DNA of 64,000 bases from a virus. Lineage: Duplodnaviria; Caudoviricetes. A program made the translations under genes and the position numbers. The notes under the pieces are model-generated. The model was not told where the DNA came from. It did not search any database and saw only the letters and a list, made by a program, of their open reading frames with translations. The DNA lies in IMG/VR virus record IMGVR_UViG_3300014596_000012, positions 2,713-66,712 of that record; one strand, written 5' to 3'. Within the stretch, counting starts at the first letter, position 1, and every line of letters begins with the position of its first letter. Of this stretch, positions 26,037 through 35,846 are shown in pieces.

Positions 26037-27071
26037 ATGAGTAATACAGAGCATTTAACGACAGACATTAACGCGGATGCTGATCAACAGAATCTGGGCG
26101 CAAGCTTATTAGAAGCTGCGCTATTTGGCGAGACTGCAGAACCAGCTGCAGAAACAGGTAGTGTGCCAGCCACTACACCAGAAGACGTAAAAGCAGATGC
26201 AGGGATAGCTTCACCTGATCCGGTACCGTCAGAACCTGTGATAACACCGCCGGCCACTGAACCAACGCCACCAGTTGAAGAAAATGCGGAAAATTCTGTG
26301 GTCTTAGCGAAGGATGGAAAACACACCATTCCTTTTGAGCGACTGCAAGAAACCCGTGAACAAGTACAGCAGTATAAGCAGCAAGTGGAACAACTCACTG
26401 CACAGTTAGCAGCACAGCAGACACCTGGTAACACTCAGGTCGCACAGCAGAATGCAGCTGTAGCAGAGGCAGTCATTGAGGCAAGCGGAAACAATGCCGA
26501 TGTGATGGCCTTGTTTGGTGACTTCTCCGAAGAAGCGATTGCCAAAGGAGTTGAAGCACTGGTGAGCCAGCGTGTATCTGCACAAGTGCAGAGCATGATG
26601 GATGCAGCCCTTGCACCGTTCAAGCAGCAGCAACAGCTGAGTGCGGAACAGCAACACTTTGCTTATATCGGATCTGCACATCCTGATTATGAATCGATTC
26701 CAGAATCGCAAGAATTTCAGGCATGGAAAGATGCGCAACCAAGCTTTATACGCAGTGCCTATGACGATGTATTGAATAAGGGTAATGCTGAGCAGGTGGT
26801 TGAACTCTTAAGTTTGTACAAGTCCCAAAACAATGTCAGTCCAAAGGTTGATACACCAGCGCCAACACAGGCCATGGTGGAGAAAGCCAAGCAAGCTGTA
26901 CAGAACGCTCCATCCAAAGTACCGCACAGCGTGACGGATCTACCTGCAGGTTCACCTGCAGCATTATCCGCTGATGAACGTTTGTCGAATTTGAGTGGGC
27001 CTGAGCTTCTCGCAGAAATGGAGAGCTGGTCCCCTGATCAAGTCGAAGCGTACATGAGCCGTCGTGCATAA
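26037..27071 (+). CDS. Capsid scaffolding protein
   Basis: Acidic/Pro-rich, GKHTIPFERL, position before capsid. Confidence 0.8.
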   Translation: MSNTEHLTTDINADADQQNLGASLLEAALFGETAEPAAETGSVPATTPEDVKADAGIASPDPVPSEPVITPPATEPTPPVEENAENSVVLAKDGKHTIPFERLQETREQVQQYKQQVEQLTAQLAAQQTPGNTQVAQQNAAVAEAVIEASGNNADVMALFGDFSEEAIAKGVEALVSQRVSAQVQSMMDAALAPFKQQQQLSAEQQHFAYIGSAHPDYESIPESQEFQAWKDAQPSFIRSAYDDVLNKGNAEQVVELLSLYKSQNNVSPKVDTPAPTQAMVEKAKQAVQNAPSKVPHSVTDLPAGSPAALSADERLSNLSGPELLAEMESWSPDQVEAYMSRRA

Positions 27072-27091
27072 ATTTGTTAGTGGAGAATACC

Positions 27092-28384
27092 ATGACTGAT
27101 AAAACCCATGCCGCATACGGCGATAAAACCAATATGATGCAACAGTCCGTTGGACTCTTTGCAAAAAGCTTACGCCGTAAAAGCACGCTGAATAACCTGG
27201 TTGGCCCAATGCCAAAAGGTGAAGGTAGTGCAGAAGCGACCATTAAAAAACAAACCTCTAAACACATGCCGATTGTACGTGTTCAAGATTTAGGTAAAGG
27301 CTTGGGTGATGAAGTTACCTACAACCTGATCCAGCCAGTAAACGCTTATCCGATCATGGGTAGCGAATATGCTGAAGGTCGCGGTGTCGGCATGTCGATC
27401 GTTGAAGATCGTCTGCGTGTAGACCAGGCACGTTTCCCTGTAGATCTGGGTAACGTCATGACGCAGATCCGTTCACCAGTCGATTTCCGTCGTATGGGCC
27501 GTCCAATTGCACAGGACTTGATGGATCGCTATAGCGATATGTCTCTTTTAGTTCATCTGTGTGGTGCACGTGGTTTCGTTAAAAACGTGGAATGGCCAAT
27601 CCCAACTGAGGAAGATCCGAAGTTTGCCAAAATTATGGTGAACAAGGTCCTGGCACCAACCAAAAACCGTCACTTCATGGTTGATGGCCAAGGCGTTAAA
27701 TCATTTACCACCAATGCTGGTGAAGCATCTCTGGCAACTACAGACCTGTTCACACTGGATACTGTGGATTCAATGAAGCAGGTTCTGGATGACATGGTAT
27801 TGCCGCCACCTTGTATTAAGGTCGAAGGCGATGATGGATCAGAAGATTCACCACTGCGCGTATGGCTGGTATCCCCAGCACAATACAACTGGTTTTCAAA
27901 GCAGCCTACATTCCGTCAGTTCCAGGCTGATGCGGTAGCACGTGCATCGAATGCCAAGTTGCATCCGTTGTTCCGTGGTGATGTGGGTATCTGGAATGGT
28001 TTCCTGATCCGCAAAATGTCTCACGCAATTCGCTTCTTTGCGGGTAATGCAATCAAGTATGCAACGAGCCATACCTCTGAGACAGAAGCGTCAGCGCTTG
28101 TACCTGCAAGCTTTGGTAAAACGCATGCAGTGGATCGTTCAATCATCTTGGGTGGCCAGGCATTGGCAGAAGCATTTGCTGCTCATAAAACCTCAGGTGT
28201 GCCGTACTTCTGGTCTGAAAAGGGTGATCTGGATCATGGCGATAAGGCCGAGCTTTTGATCGGAACAATTCGTGGCGTGAAGAAAATCCGCTTTGATGTC
28301 GATGTGGATGGCGATGGTAGCAACATGCAGTACACCGATCATGGTGTGATTGCAGTCGATACCGTAGTGAAAATCCAAGGCTAA
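27092..28384 (+). CDS. Major capsid protein (N4 gp56/DUF4043-like)
   Basis: PIVRVQDL.K..GDEV, DQARFPV, GGQALAEA; GGAG RBS before ATG 27092. Confidence 0.85.
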   Translation: MTDKTHAAYGDKTNMMQQSVGLFAKSLRRKSTLNNLVGPMPKGEGSAEATIKKQTSKHMPIVRVQDLGKGLGDEVTYNLIQPVNAYPIMGSEYAEGRGVGMSIVEDRLRVDQARFPVDLGNVMTQIRSPVDFRRMGRPIAQDLMDRYSDMSLLVHLCGARGFVKNVEWPIPTEEDPKFAKIMVNKVLAPTKNRHFMVDGQGVKSFTTNAGEASLATTDLFTLDTVDSMKQVLDDMVLPPPCIKVEGDDGSEDSPLRVWLVSPAQYNWFSKQPTFRQFQADAVARASNAKLHPLFRGDVGIWNGFLIRKMSHAIRFFAGNAIKYATSHTSETEASALVPASFGKTHAVDRSIILGGQALAEAFAAHKTSGVPYFWSEKGDLDHGDKAELLIGTIRGVKKIRFDVDVDGDGSNMQYTDHGVIAVDTVVKIQG

Positions 28385-28440
28385 GGCTGAAACAGGGCTG
28401 AGTGATCGGCCCTCCGTCAAATTTTAGGAGTATTTAACTC

Positions 28441-28917
28441 ATGGCGACAATTAAACGTAAAAGCGGATTTGTGAATCGCTTCGGTGGTGCAGTGCCATAC
28501 GGCAACGTGACAGCCTTTGTCTTCTCATTGGCTACCAATGCGGCAGGCGCAGTACTGGATTCTAATTCCGATGTGGCAGTGGCTTCAGGTGATGTAATCG
28601 AGTTGGGTTTATTGCCAGTAGGCTTCCGACTGGATGATGCGCAGGTGCTTATCAATACGGCGATGACCGAAGCTGTGACTGGGTCACTGGGCTTTAAATA
28701 TGCCGATGGTAAAGACTCAGCCGAAGTACCGCAGGATGCAGCGTACTTTATCAGTGGTGGTGCACTGGCGACCGCAGCACGTTTACGTGCAACCGGTACC
28801 AAGTTAGTGACTTTGCCAAAGCCTGCGATTTTAACGCTCACCACTGGTGGTGCGGCCAATGCCAAAGCATCGGACATCAAGATTGTGGTGTCTGGTGAAT
28901 TGACTGGCCCGCGTTAA
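28441..28917 (+). CDS. Capsid decoration/cement-like protein
   Basis: Ala/Gly-rich beta protein GDVIELG.LP after the major capsid gene. Confidence 0.6.
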   Translation: MATIKRKSGFVNRFGGAVPYGNVTAFVFSLATNAAGAVLDSNSDVAVASGDVIELGLLPVGFRLDDAQVLINTAMTEAVTGSLGFKYADGKDSAEVPQDAAYFISGGALATAARLRATGTKLVTLPKPAILTLTTGGAANAKASDIKIVVSGELTGPR

Positions 28918-28944
28918 ATAAAAGTATAAAAACATGAAGTTTAT

Positions 28945-28982
28945 GGGATGGATGATTTTCAGCGAGTCACCATCCCTTTTTT
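28945..28982 (+). terminator. Terminator/attenuator after capsid genes
   Basis: GGGATGG/CCATCCC plus 6 T. Confidence 0.65.
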
Positions 28983-29004
28983 ATATTTCGCATGAGGAAT
29001 CATT

Positions 29005-29874
29005 ATGAAAATCGCTTTATTGGCAGCAATTGCACATGGAATGAATCTGGCATATTCCGCATCACTGGGTGATCAGTCTCATTTACCCTGGGAAGAAACA
29101 TCAGATGAGCTGAAAAAAAGTATTGAGTATGGTGTAAAACTGCATTTGGAAAACCCTGATACTACGCCAGAACAGTCACATGAATCTTGGTTAGCCCAAA
29201 AAGAACAAGATGGCTGGACCTATGGTGAAGTAAAAGATCTGGAAAAGAAAACCCATCCTTGCATTTTGCCTTATGACCAGTTACCTGCAGCGCAGAAAAC
29301 CAAGGACTATCTGTTTAAAGCAGTGGTGACTTTGCTTAAAGACTTACCAGATCCAGATGATGTGTCTGCATTGAATGGCGAACTTGTAAAACTACAGTTG
29401 CAGGTAGCAGCTCAAAAGACACAATCAATTGGTGCAGCGGCAGCAGCGCAAGTTAAAACAGCAGGCGTGACCATTGTCTATGACGGGCCGAAAGACCAGT
29501 TCACAGATAACTTGTACGGCACCAAACTGGTATTTAACTGTGGCCAGCCACGTACGGTACCAAGCAACTTTGCCAAGCAGTTCCTGAGTCATCCTGAATT
29601 CAAAGAAGTAGAAGCAGGTGATGCACCTGCAGCAGAAGGTTTGGATGATACCGATGCAATCCTGGCACAACAAAAGGCTGAACAGGACAAGCTGAAGCAG
29701 GAACAGGATCGAATTTTCAATGAGGTTGAATCGATCAAGCAGTTCGGTACCAAGAAGGCTGTGACGGATTACATCGAAGCGAACTACGGTGAAAAGGTAA
29801 ATCCTAACTCATTCAAGCTGGATGAGCTGAAAGACAAAGCGATTGAGAAAGTACGTCAGTTTGGAGCGATCTAA
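29005..29874 (+). CDS. RyR-domain protein
   Basis: HESWLAQKEQDGWTYGEVKDLEKKTHPCILPYDQLPAAQKTKD matches the RyR repeat signature. Confidence 0.75.
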   Translation: MKIALLAAIAHGMNLAYSASLGDQSHLPWEETSDELKKSIEYGVKLHLENPDTTPEQSHESWLAQKEQDGWTYGEVKDLEKKTHPCILPYDQLPAAQKTKDYLFKAVVTLLKDLPDPDDVSALNGELVKLQLQVAAQKTQSIGAAAAAQVKTAGVTIVYDGPKDQFTDNLYGTKLVFNCGQPRTVPSNFAKQFLSHPEFKEVEAGDAPAAEGLDDTDAILAQQKAEQDKLKQEQDRIFNEVESIKQFGTKKAVTDYIEANYGEKVNPNSFKLDELKDKAIEKVRQFGAI

Positions 29875-29876
29875 AT

Positions 29877-30548
29877 ATGGACTTAAAAGAACTGCGTCGT
29901 CGATTTCGTGTCGAAGCCGGTGATTCGGTACAACCATACTTCACCAGTGATGAAGATGTGGATGCATGGCTAAATGACGCAGTTCATGAGGCCTGTATCC
30001 GCGGCCGTCTTTTGCATGAAGCGGAAGATGCCACAATCTGCCGTATTCAAGTGGTGGCAGGGCAGGCACAGTACCCTTTAGATTCACGTATCTATGAATT
30101 GACACATTTACGCTTTGATCTTGGACATGGCCAATGTGAAAGTGAAGTGAAGCTGGCTTCTGAAGAAGTACTCAGTCATCGCTATCACAGCAACTGGCGT
30201 ACCAGAATCGGTGATCCAGAGCATGCCATTCAATCTGATACAGGTTTGCGCCTGGTACCACGTCCCGAGCAGGATGGCACCTTGATCATTGAAGGCTATC
30301 GTTTACCACTTGTGGATATGGTAGAGGATACAGATCAGCCGGAAATCAATCAGGCACATCATGCACACCTGGTGCAATGGGTATTGCATAAAGCATTCAG
30401 CATTCCTGATACTGAGTTTATGGATCCAAACCGTGCCCAGATCGCAGAGTATAAATTTATTGACTACTTTGGTGATCGGCCTGATAGCAACTTACGTCGT
30501 GAGGTTCGTGAAGATTTTGAACACCATGTCACACCATTCTGGCCATAA
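29877..30548 (+). CDS. Head-tail adaptor-like protein
   Basis: Position and pattern: WLNDAVHEAC, YPLD, HAHLVQWVLHKAF. Confidence 0.65.
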   Translation: MDLKELRRRFRVEAGDSVQPYFTSDEDVDAWLNDAVHEACIRGRLLHEAEDATICRIQVVAGQAQYPLDSRIYELTHLRFDLGHGQCESEVKLASEEVLSHRYHSNWRTRIGDPEHAIQSDTGLRLVPRPEQDGTLIIEGYRLPLVDMVEDTDQPEINQAHHAHLVQWVLHKAFSIPDTEFMDPNRAQIAEYKFIDYFGDRPDSNLRREVREDFEHHVTPFWP

Positions 30549-30563
30549 GCTCTTAAGGCCCGT

Positions 30564-30600
30564 GTAGGGTTGGTCGAATCTGACCCTACTTTCACATCAT
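30564..30600 (+). promoter_or_regulatory. Late-promoter motif variant GTAGGGTTGG-N21-CATCAT
   Basis: Same spacing, upstream of tail module. Confidence 0.6.
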
Positions 30601-30632
30601 AAAGCCATGTTTTTATTATTTGGATAATTATC

Positions 30633-31040
30633 ATGGCGAATACGCTCTACGACTCAGCACGGAAAGGCTACCTTGAAGGCCAATTCAACTGGCTGTCTGA
30701 CACAGTTAAAGTTCTACTGGTAAGTACAAGTGCCTATACCGTCAATGCTGGTACGCATAAATTCTTGTCTGACATTTCCGGTTCTGCGCGTATTGCCGGT
30801 CCAGTCACTTTAACCGGTAAGTCCACTGATGGCGGTGCAGCCGATGCCAACGATGCAACATTCACAGCGGTTTCTGGTGGTGCAATTGGTGCCATCGTGA
30901 TCTATGTCGATTCTGGCCAAGAAGCTACAAGCCCATTATTGGCCTATCTTGATACTGCAACCGGCTTACCGATCACGCCTAACGGGGGTGACATCATCAT
31001 TACTTGGGATAACGGCAGCAATAAGATCTACAAGGTGTAA
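30633..31040 (+). CDS. Virion structural/tail protein
   Basis: MANTLYD...PNGGDIIITWDNG beta-rich protein. Confidence 0.65.
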   Translation: MANTLYDSARKGYLEGQFNWLSDTVKVLLVSTSAYTVNAGTHKFLSDISGSARIAGPVTLTGKSTDGGAADANDATFTAVSGGAIGAIVIYVDSGQEATSPLLAYLDTATGLPITPNGGDIIITWDNGSNKIYKV

Positions 31041-31091
31041 GCACCATTATCGCAAGTGCCTACATTCCGTGTGGGCTTTTGGAGTATCTAA

Positions 31092-31412
31092 ATGTCCGAA
31101 AACAAACCTAAGCCGATCATCGTCCAGATGGAATCCATAGCACCTGAGCCGATCACGATGGGCGGTGATGTGGTTTTAAAACATGACTGGTACAAGCTAA
31201 TTAATACCGCACCGTTTCAAATGTACTGCTGTGAAATATACGGCGATGAGAATCGTGGCACACACAATATTGAGGAATGGTTACGTAGTGCGATTGAGCA
31301 GCATGTACTTGCAGATGAAGATAAATTCTTTAAAACATTTAGTGAGTGGCATAGCGCAAAAGGCTATTGGAAGAATGAAACCGTATACGGTGATTTGATC
31401 GAAGGTGAGTAA
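31092..31412 (+). CDS. Hypothetical protein in tail module
   Basis: 106 aa, GGAG RBS. Confidence 0.65.
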   Translation: MSENKPKPIIVQMESIAPEPITMGGDVVLKHDWYKLINTAPFQMYCCEIYGDENRGTHNIEEWLRSAIEQHVLADEDKFFKTFSEWHSAKGYWKNETVYGDLIEGE

Positions 31413-31414
31413 TT

Positions 31415-32557
31415 ATGTTTGTTGAAAGCTCAAAAGTGGTTGTATTCCCACAGCATAAAGGATTTTTAAAATCACTAGCCGTGCTTGAGAATCCAATTCT
31501 ATCTGTATTTGGTAGTGAATTAATTACCTATTTGCATAATATTATCACGCTATTTCACTCCCTTGAGTCAGATGCATCAACCCATGGGTTTAATAAACTG
31601 CATGTTATTCCTTTAATGGATGCGTTGGGGATTGCATTTGATCCAGATTATACCGTTTTTTCAACCAGTCCCTTAAAAACAACTTGGACTGGAGATAATG
31701 CAAATCTGAATATACCTTTGGCACATAGAGCATACCGCTATGGTGACCTAGATAAATCGCCAATCTATTTTAAAGTTGAAGTCGGTGCACGTGGCGTTGC
31801 AGATACTAATGCTTCACGTGCTTGGGGCCGGCCTTATGTAAAACTGTATTTTGCAACAACAGATTCATTTGAAACCCTTGTTAATACTATAGACCTTAGT
31901 ATTGTAAGCAATTCAAACCTTTACCCATCGCCAATATGCCCGGCATTTACTACTAAGATGGCGTATTTTTTTAATGAAAATGCGCTTGCGATATACCCAT
32001 TCGCTCACTACGCACACACGATCCCGGCATCGGTTATTGGAAGATCCAGTGGATACTCGATTAGTAATAATATGATGTCGGGGCTGTTATTGTCAGAGGG
32101 GGTTGAGTATTCAGCTTTAACACCAGAACGCCCTGTAAACTTTGCAATTGTTTCTCCTGGTTATCTAGGAACATCAGGAGCTTCGGATGGCCGTTTAGCA
32201 CATGGCTGTTTAGGTACCAATATCAATCGACCGGCGAATCTTATTACTTCCGAATTTACAGGCTTTTTGTCTGCCGCTGCACCGCAAGCAGGAAATCAGT
32301 CGATCAACGATACGCCGCCAAGGGACTTTAGTGCACCTTTTGTTTACACGGCGACAAATGGTGCAGTCATTACATCTAATAATGTCATTTGGATGGCAGA
32401 TAAATTTAAGGATCGCATAGATTATGCCGATACTTCAGTTTATTTTGGTGGGGAAGATGTTGGGGTCAAAATCTTACCAAATCTAATAACACATTCCGCT
32501 ATAAATGCAGACTGGTACGCAAATCTTGGTGGATTTTGCTTAGGGATGCCAAAATGA
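31415..32557 (+). CDS. Putative tail/receptor-binding protein
   Basis: 380 aa, AT-richer, beta-rich, in tail module. Confidence 0.5.
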   Translation: MFVESSKVVVFPQHKGFLKSLAVLENPILSVFGSELITYLHNIITLFHSLESDASTHGFNKLHVIPLMDALGIAFDPDYTVFSTSPLKTTWTGDNANLNIPLAHRAYRYGDLDKSPIYFKVEVGARGVADTNASRAWGRPYVKLYFATTDSFETLVNTIDLSIVSNSNLYPSPICPAFTTKMAYFFNENALAIYPFAHYAHTIPASVIGRSSGYSISNNMMSGLLLSEGVEYSALTPERPVNFAIVSPGYLGTSGASDGRLAHGCLGTNINRPANLITSEFTGFLSAAAPQAGNQSINDTPPRDFSAPFVYTATNGAVITSNNVIWMADKFKDRIDYADTSVYFGGEDVGVKILPNLITHSAINADWYANLGGFCLGMPK

Positions 32558-32928
32558 GTTCTTATTCATGCCTTAACCCATTGATACTGGATAGCACCTT
32601 ATCGTTCTCCTTTCTATTCTCAGATCAGCCAAATGGTTTGGATTTTGGCAGTATTTATGATCCTTACAGCATATCGAAAATCCTTTACGAAGGTGATTGT
32701 CAAATCAAATCTGATGGCTTATCCGGCGTGGTGCAAGAGGGTATTCCTGTATCTGCTTTAGTCGTGCTGTTCCAAGAGCATCAGGGGAAAATGATTGAAG
32801 TAGGCCGTATGGATTCTACAGATGGCTCCTGGCACATACATGGGTTAAAAAAGAAAGCCACTCATGCGGTAGCATTTAAAGCCGGATTTAATGCAGGCGT
32901 TATAGCCAACATTACACCAGAGGACTAA
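32554..32928 (+). CDS. Putative tail accessory protein
   Basis: ATGA-coupled; C-terminal Ig-like pattern DGSWHIHGLK...HAVAFKAGFNA. Confidence 0.5.
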   Translation: MSSYSCLNPLILDSTLSFSFLFSDQPNGLDFGSIYDPYSISKILYEGDCQIKSDGLSGVVQEGIPVSALVVLFQEHQGKMIEVGRMDSTDGSWHIHGLKKKATHAVAFKAGFNAGVIANITPED

Positions 32929-32931
32929 TGC

Positions 32932-35844
32932 GTGTCAGACGAGTATGTTCCGCCTGGAGGATTGAGCGTTAAAATCAGTATTGGTGAAGATAATTATACT
33001 GCACCAAGTGGTTTGCGTGTTTCAATCAATCTTACGCCTGAACAGATTGCAGGAGAGGATCAATATGTTGGAGGTGATGGCTGGGGGATTGATTCATCTG
33101 TCTTTGGTTCTAGCGGTGTTTGGTTAAAAACCCAAAATGTAAGCTATCTTACGTTGGGTAATACCTTGTTTTTTGGTATTGCCCAGATAAAGCTAGGCCA
33201 ATACTTTATTAATCCAAATGGATTAAACCTTTCCGTTTTTGGTCGACCATCAATCATCAACCAAAATCGTTATATTCTTCTAGCTGGATCCAATTTTGCA
33301 GGATTAGGTAACCTAAAAATAGAATTGAAGACTCGCTATCTTCGCCCTATCAATAATAGTTTTAATGTATTTGGTAAGCCGGGTATTCGGAGTAGTAAAT
33401 TTTTTTTACACCTACCTGGATTTTTGTCTTTTACGGCAGGCAAGCTACGAATCAGTTATAAGGAACAAAGGGTTGCTGTTCACCCGGCCAATCCACACAC
33501 TATATTTGGTAATCAACGCATTGCCTATTCGCTACGTTATCTTGAGCAGCTAAGTAATACACCCCTATCTCGTTTTGGTACAGCGTGGTTATCTTTCTCG
33601 CCACGTTATATCGAGCCTCGTGGCTTATTTACACAATTCCCATCTAATCATCGTGTGGGAATCTCTCGCACCGTGTTTATGGAAGGTTATGACTTCCTTC
33701 GCTTTGGTACTCGAATCGTTCCAGAAAGCCAGGTAATTCTACCAATTGGCATGAGCACTATCTTTGGTGATACTAAGATTGAAAACCTGGTGCAGCATGT
33801 CAAGCCGAAAGGCTTCCTGACCGTGGGGGAACGTGCTGATTTGCGTTTTGGTCATGTGACTACGTTTAACCTGACACAATATGTAAAACCGTTTCATGAC
33901 GATACCAGTCAAGCAGCCGGGCCATTGTTTCCAGATATACGCCAACATGAGATCTTTAACCGAAATCGGTTTGTACAAACCCATGGTCGCATAAATGCTG
34001 TTTTTGGCTATGCAGATGTGCTGAATAAGGCAAGGGTAGTTCATCCAGACGGTTTAGGATCTCCACTTGAATTGGAGCCGACTAGAACCTTTATTGCTGA
34101 TGGTGTACGTCGCATTCGTCCAGACTCCATCGAAAGTCCATACCTGAGTGATTGGCATACAGCTTGGTTGGGTGCTCAGGTCGTTCAGCAAAAAGGAGCG
34201 ATTCTTGGCCTGTTTGGTAGACCTCATGTTGAAAATACACGTCGTAATTTCAGATTTATTAGCATGGGCGAGCAATCACTGTTTGGCCAGGGGATGATTT
34301 CCTATGCCATTCGTAGTGTAAGGATCCAGGAAGGCTACAGTATTGCACCGCCAGTAATTCCAATGCCGGAAGTTAAGCTAGGTGTACGTTATATTGAGCC
34401 AAGATCAATCGATAGCGTTCGTTATGGATGGATACACCTTGCAGAAAGATTTACTAGGATTGCACCTAAATGGGTGGTGGCCGATCGCGTCGGGGAGCCG
34501 GTGATTAGGAACGTCACACCACAAGTAAGAGTGTGGCAGTTTGAAAGCCTAGAATTTAGTGTACCTTATATTGGTTTATATACGCGCTACCTAAAAGTAA
34601 GCGGATTAAATGCCCAAGTATTTGGACAGGCCAGACTATCTGATCGTAAACAGCACATCGAGTTTAGAAGCTATGGCATTGCACCACTTGAGATCAGCAA
34701 GTCACACAAAATTGAGAATGCAGGTGCAGGTACCGTACAAGCCAGGACGATTCGCCCGAACGGATTAAGCACAAAAAACTTTGAAGATGATCCAAAGAAA
34801 CTACATAAAGTGCATCAGAACGTATTGCGACCTAAGTCAGATGAGCCGATGACACTGTATGGTGCGACTTTAATCACAGCCAATACAATTCGTGTTGAGC
34901 CGGGCTATTGGGAAATCCTGATGGGTAGACCTACTCTAACCAACAAGAATCGTAAAATCTTTATGGATAGTACATCTTGTGACTTTCACGGAATTGGCCG
35001 ACCACGTATGTCGCCACATACGATTTGGGCAGTTGTTGAAGCACCTGAGCAGGCTAAAAATAACCATGAAAGACCACCACGAACATTGCACTATGTAGAT
35101 GGAATGAATAGTAATGGGAATCTTATTCCACCAGGTATTACACCCGGTAATCCGCGTATCTCGCACAAGAACCGTCGTATCAATGCAGGTGCTCTGCATT
35201 CTTTTGCGCCTGGTTTGGTGTCAGTACGAAATACCGTGTTCATCATTCAGCCGAAAGGATGGAGTAACCTGCGAATTGGTGTGATTGGCCCTATTGGTGA
35301 CCAGACGATTATCTTTCGAGCTAAACCCGCGCATACCCTATGGGGAACCGTTGCAATTACCAATGTAAAGATTTCAAAAAATGATATTCATACAACTGGT
35401 CTATCACTTAATTTCTTTGGAAAAACAACAGTGGATTATTTCCATCGATTTATTAAGCCTGACGGAGTTAATTCCCTAGCCATGGGTACGCGCAAGAATG
35501 ACGACAAGCCGTATATGTGGCAAGGTCTGCGCGTGGGTGCCCATGTGCCAACTAGAATAGGCGGCCTAAATGCTCAAGTTTTTGGAACAGCTTGGATCAG
35601 TTATCAAGTGAGGGAGATCGCACTGAAAGGGCAGGACTATATGATCGTCGCTGATTATGAACCAGGTAATTTTGATAGACGCATGGAAATCCGAAACCTT
35701 CGCCAACCAGAGCAACCCGTAATGCAGCTGCTTAAACCTATTGGACTTAATGCACAATCTTTTGCTGTACCGGATGTTAAGCCGAAAATGCATTATATTC
35801 GCCCGGATGGGAACATGGATAACTACCGTAAAGGAGGGTTATAA
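32932..35844 (+). CDS. Large repeat-rich tail protein
   Basis: 970 aa, many degenerate FG.p.i...r.i.P.G units. Confidence 0.65.
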   Translation: MSDEYVPPGGLSVKISIGEDNYTAPSGLRVSINLTPEQIAGEDQYVGGDGWGIDSSVFGSSGVWLKTQNVSYLTLGNTLFFGIAQIKLGQYFINPNGLNLSVFGRPSIINQNRYILLAGSNFAGLGNLKIELKTRYLRPINNSFNVFGKPGIRSSKFFLHLPGFLSFTAGKLRISYKEQRVAVHPANPHTIFGNQRIAYSLRYLEQLSNTPLSRFGTAWLSFSPRYIEPRGLFTQFPSNHRVGISRTVFMEGYDFLRFGTRIVPESQVILPIGMSTIFGDTKIENLVQHVKPKGFLTVGERADLRFGHVTTFNLTQYVKPFHDDTSQAAGPLFPDIRQHEIFNRNRFVQTHGRINAVFGYADVLNKARVVHPDGLGSPLELEPTRTFIADGVRRIRPDSIESPYLSDWHTAWLGAQVVQQKGAILGLFGRPHVENTRRNFRFISMGEQSLFGQGMISYAIRSVRIQEGYSIAPPVIPMPEVKLGVRYIEPRSIDSVRYGWIHLAERFTRIAPKWVVADRVGEPVIRNVTPQVRVWQFESLEFSVPYIGLYTRYLKVSGLNAQVFGQARLSDRKQHIEFRSYGIAPLEISKSHKIENAGAGTVQARTIRPNGLSTKNFEDDPKKLHKVHQNVLRPKSDEPMTLYGATLITANTIRVEPGYWEILMGRPTLTNKNRKIFMDSTSCDFHGIGRPRMSPHTIWAVVEAPEQAKNNHERPPRTLHYVDGMNSNGNLIPPGITPGNPRISHKNRRINAGALHSFAPGLVSVRNTVFIIQPKGWSNLRIGVIGPIGDQTIIFRAKPAHTLWGTVAITNVKISKNDIHTTGLSLNFFGKTTVDYFHRFIKPDGVNSLAMGTRKNDDKPYMWQGLRVGAHVPTRIGGLNAQVFGTAWISYQVREIALKGQDYMIVADYEPGNFDRRMEIRNLRQPEQPVMQLLKPIGLNAQSFAVPDVKPKMHYIRPDGNMDNYRKGGL

Positions 35845-35846
35845 GA

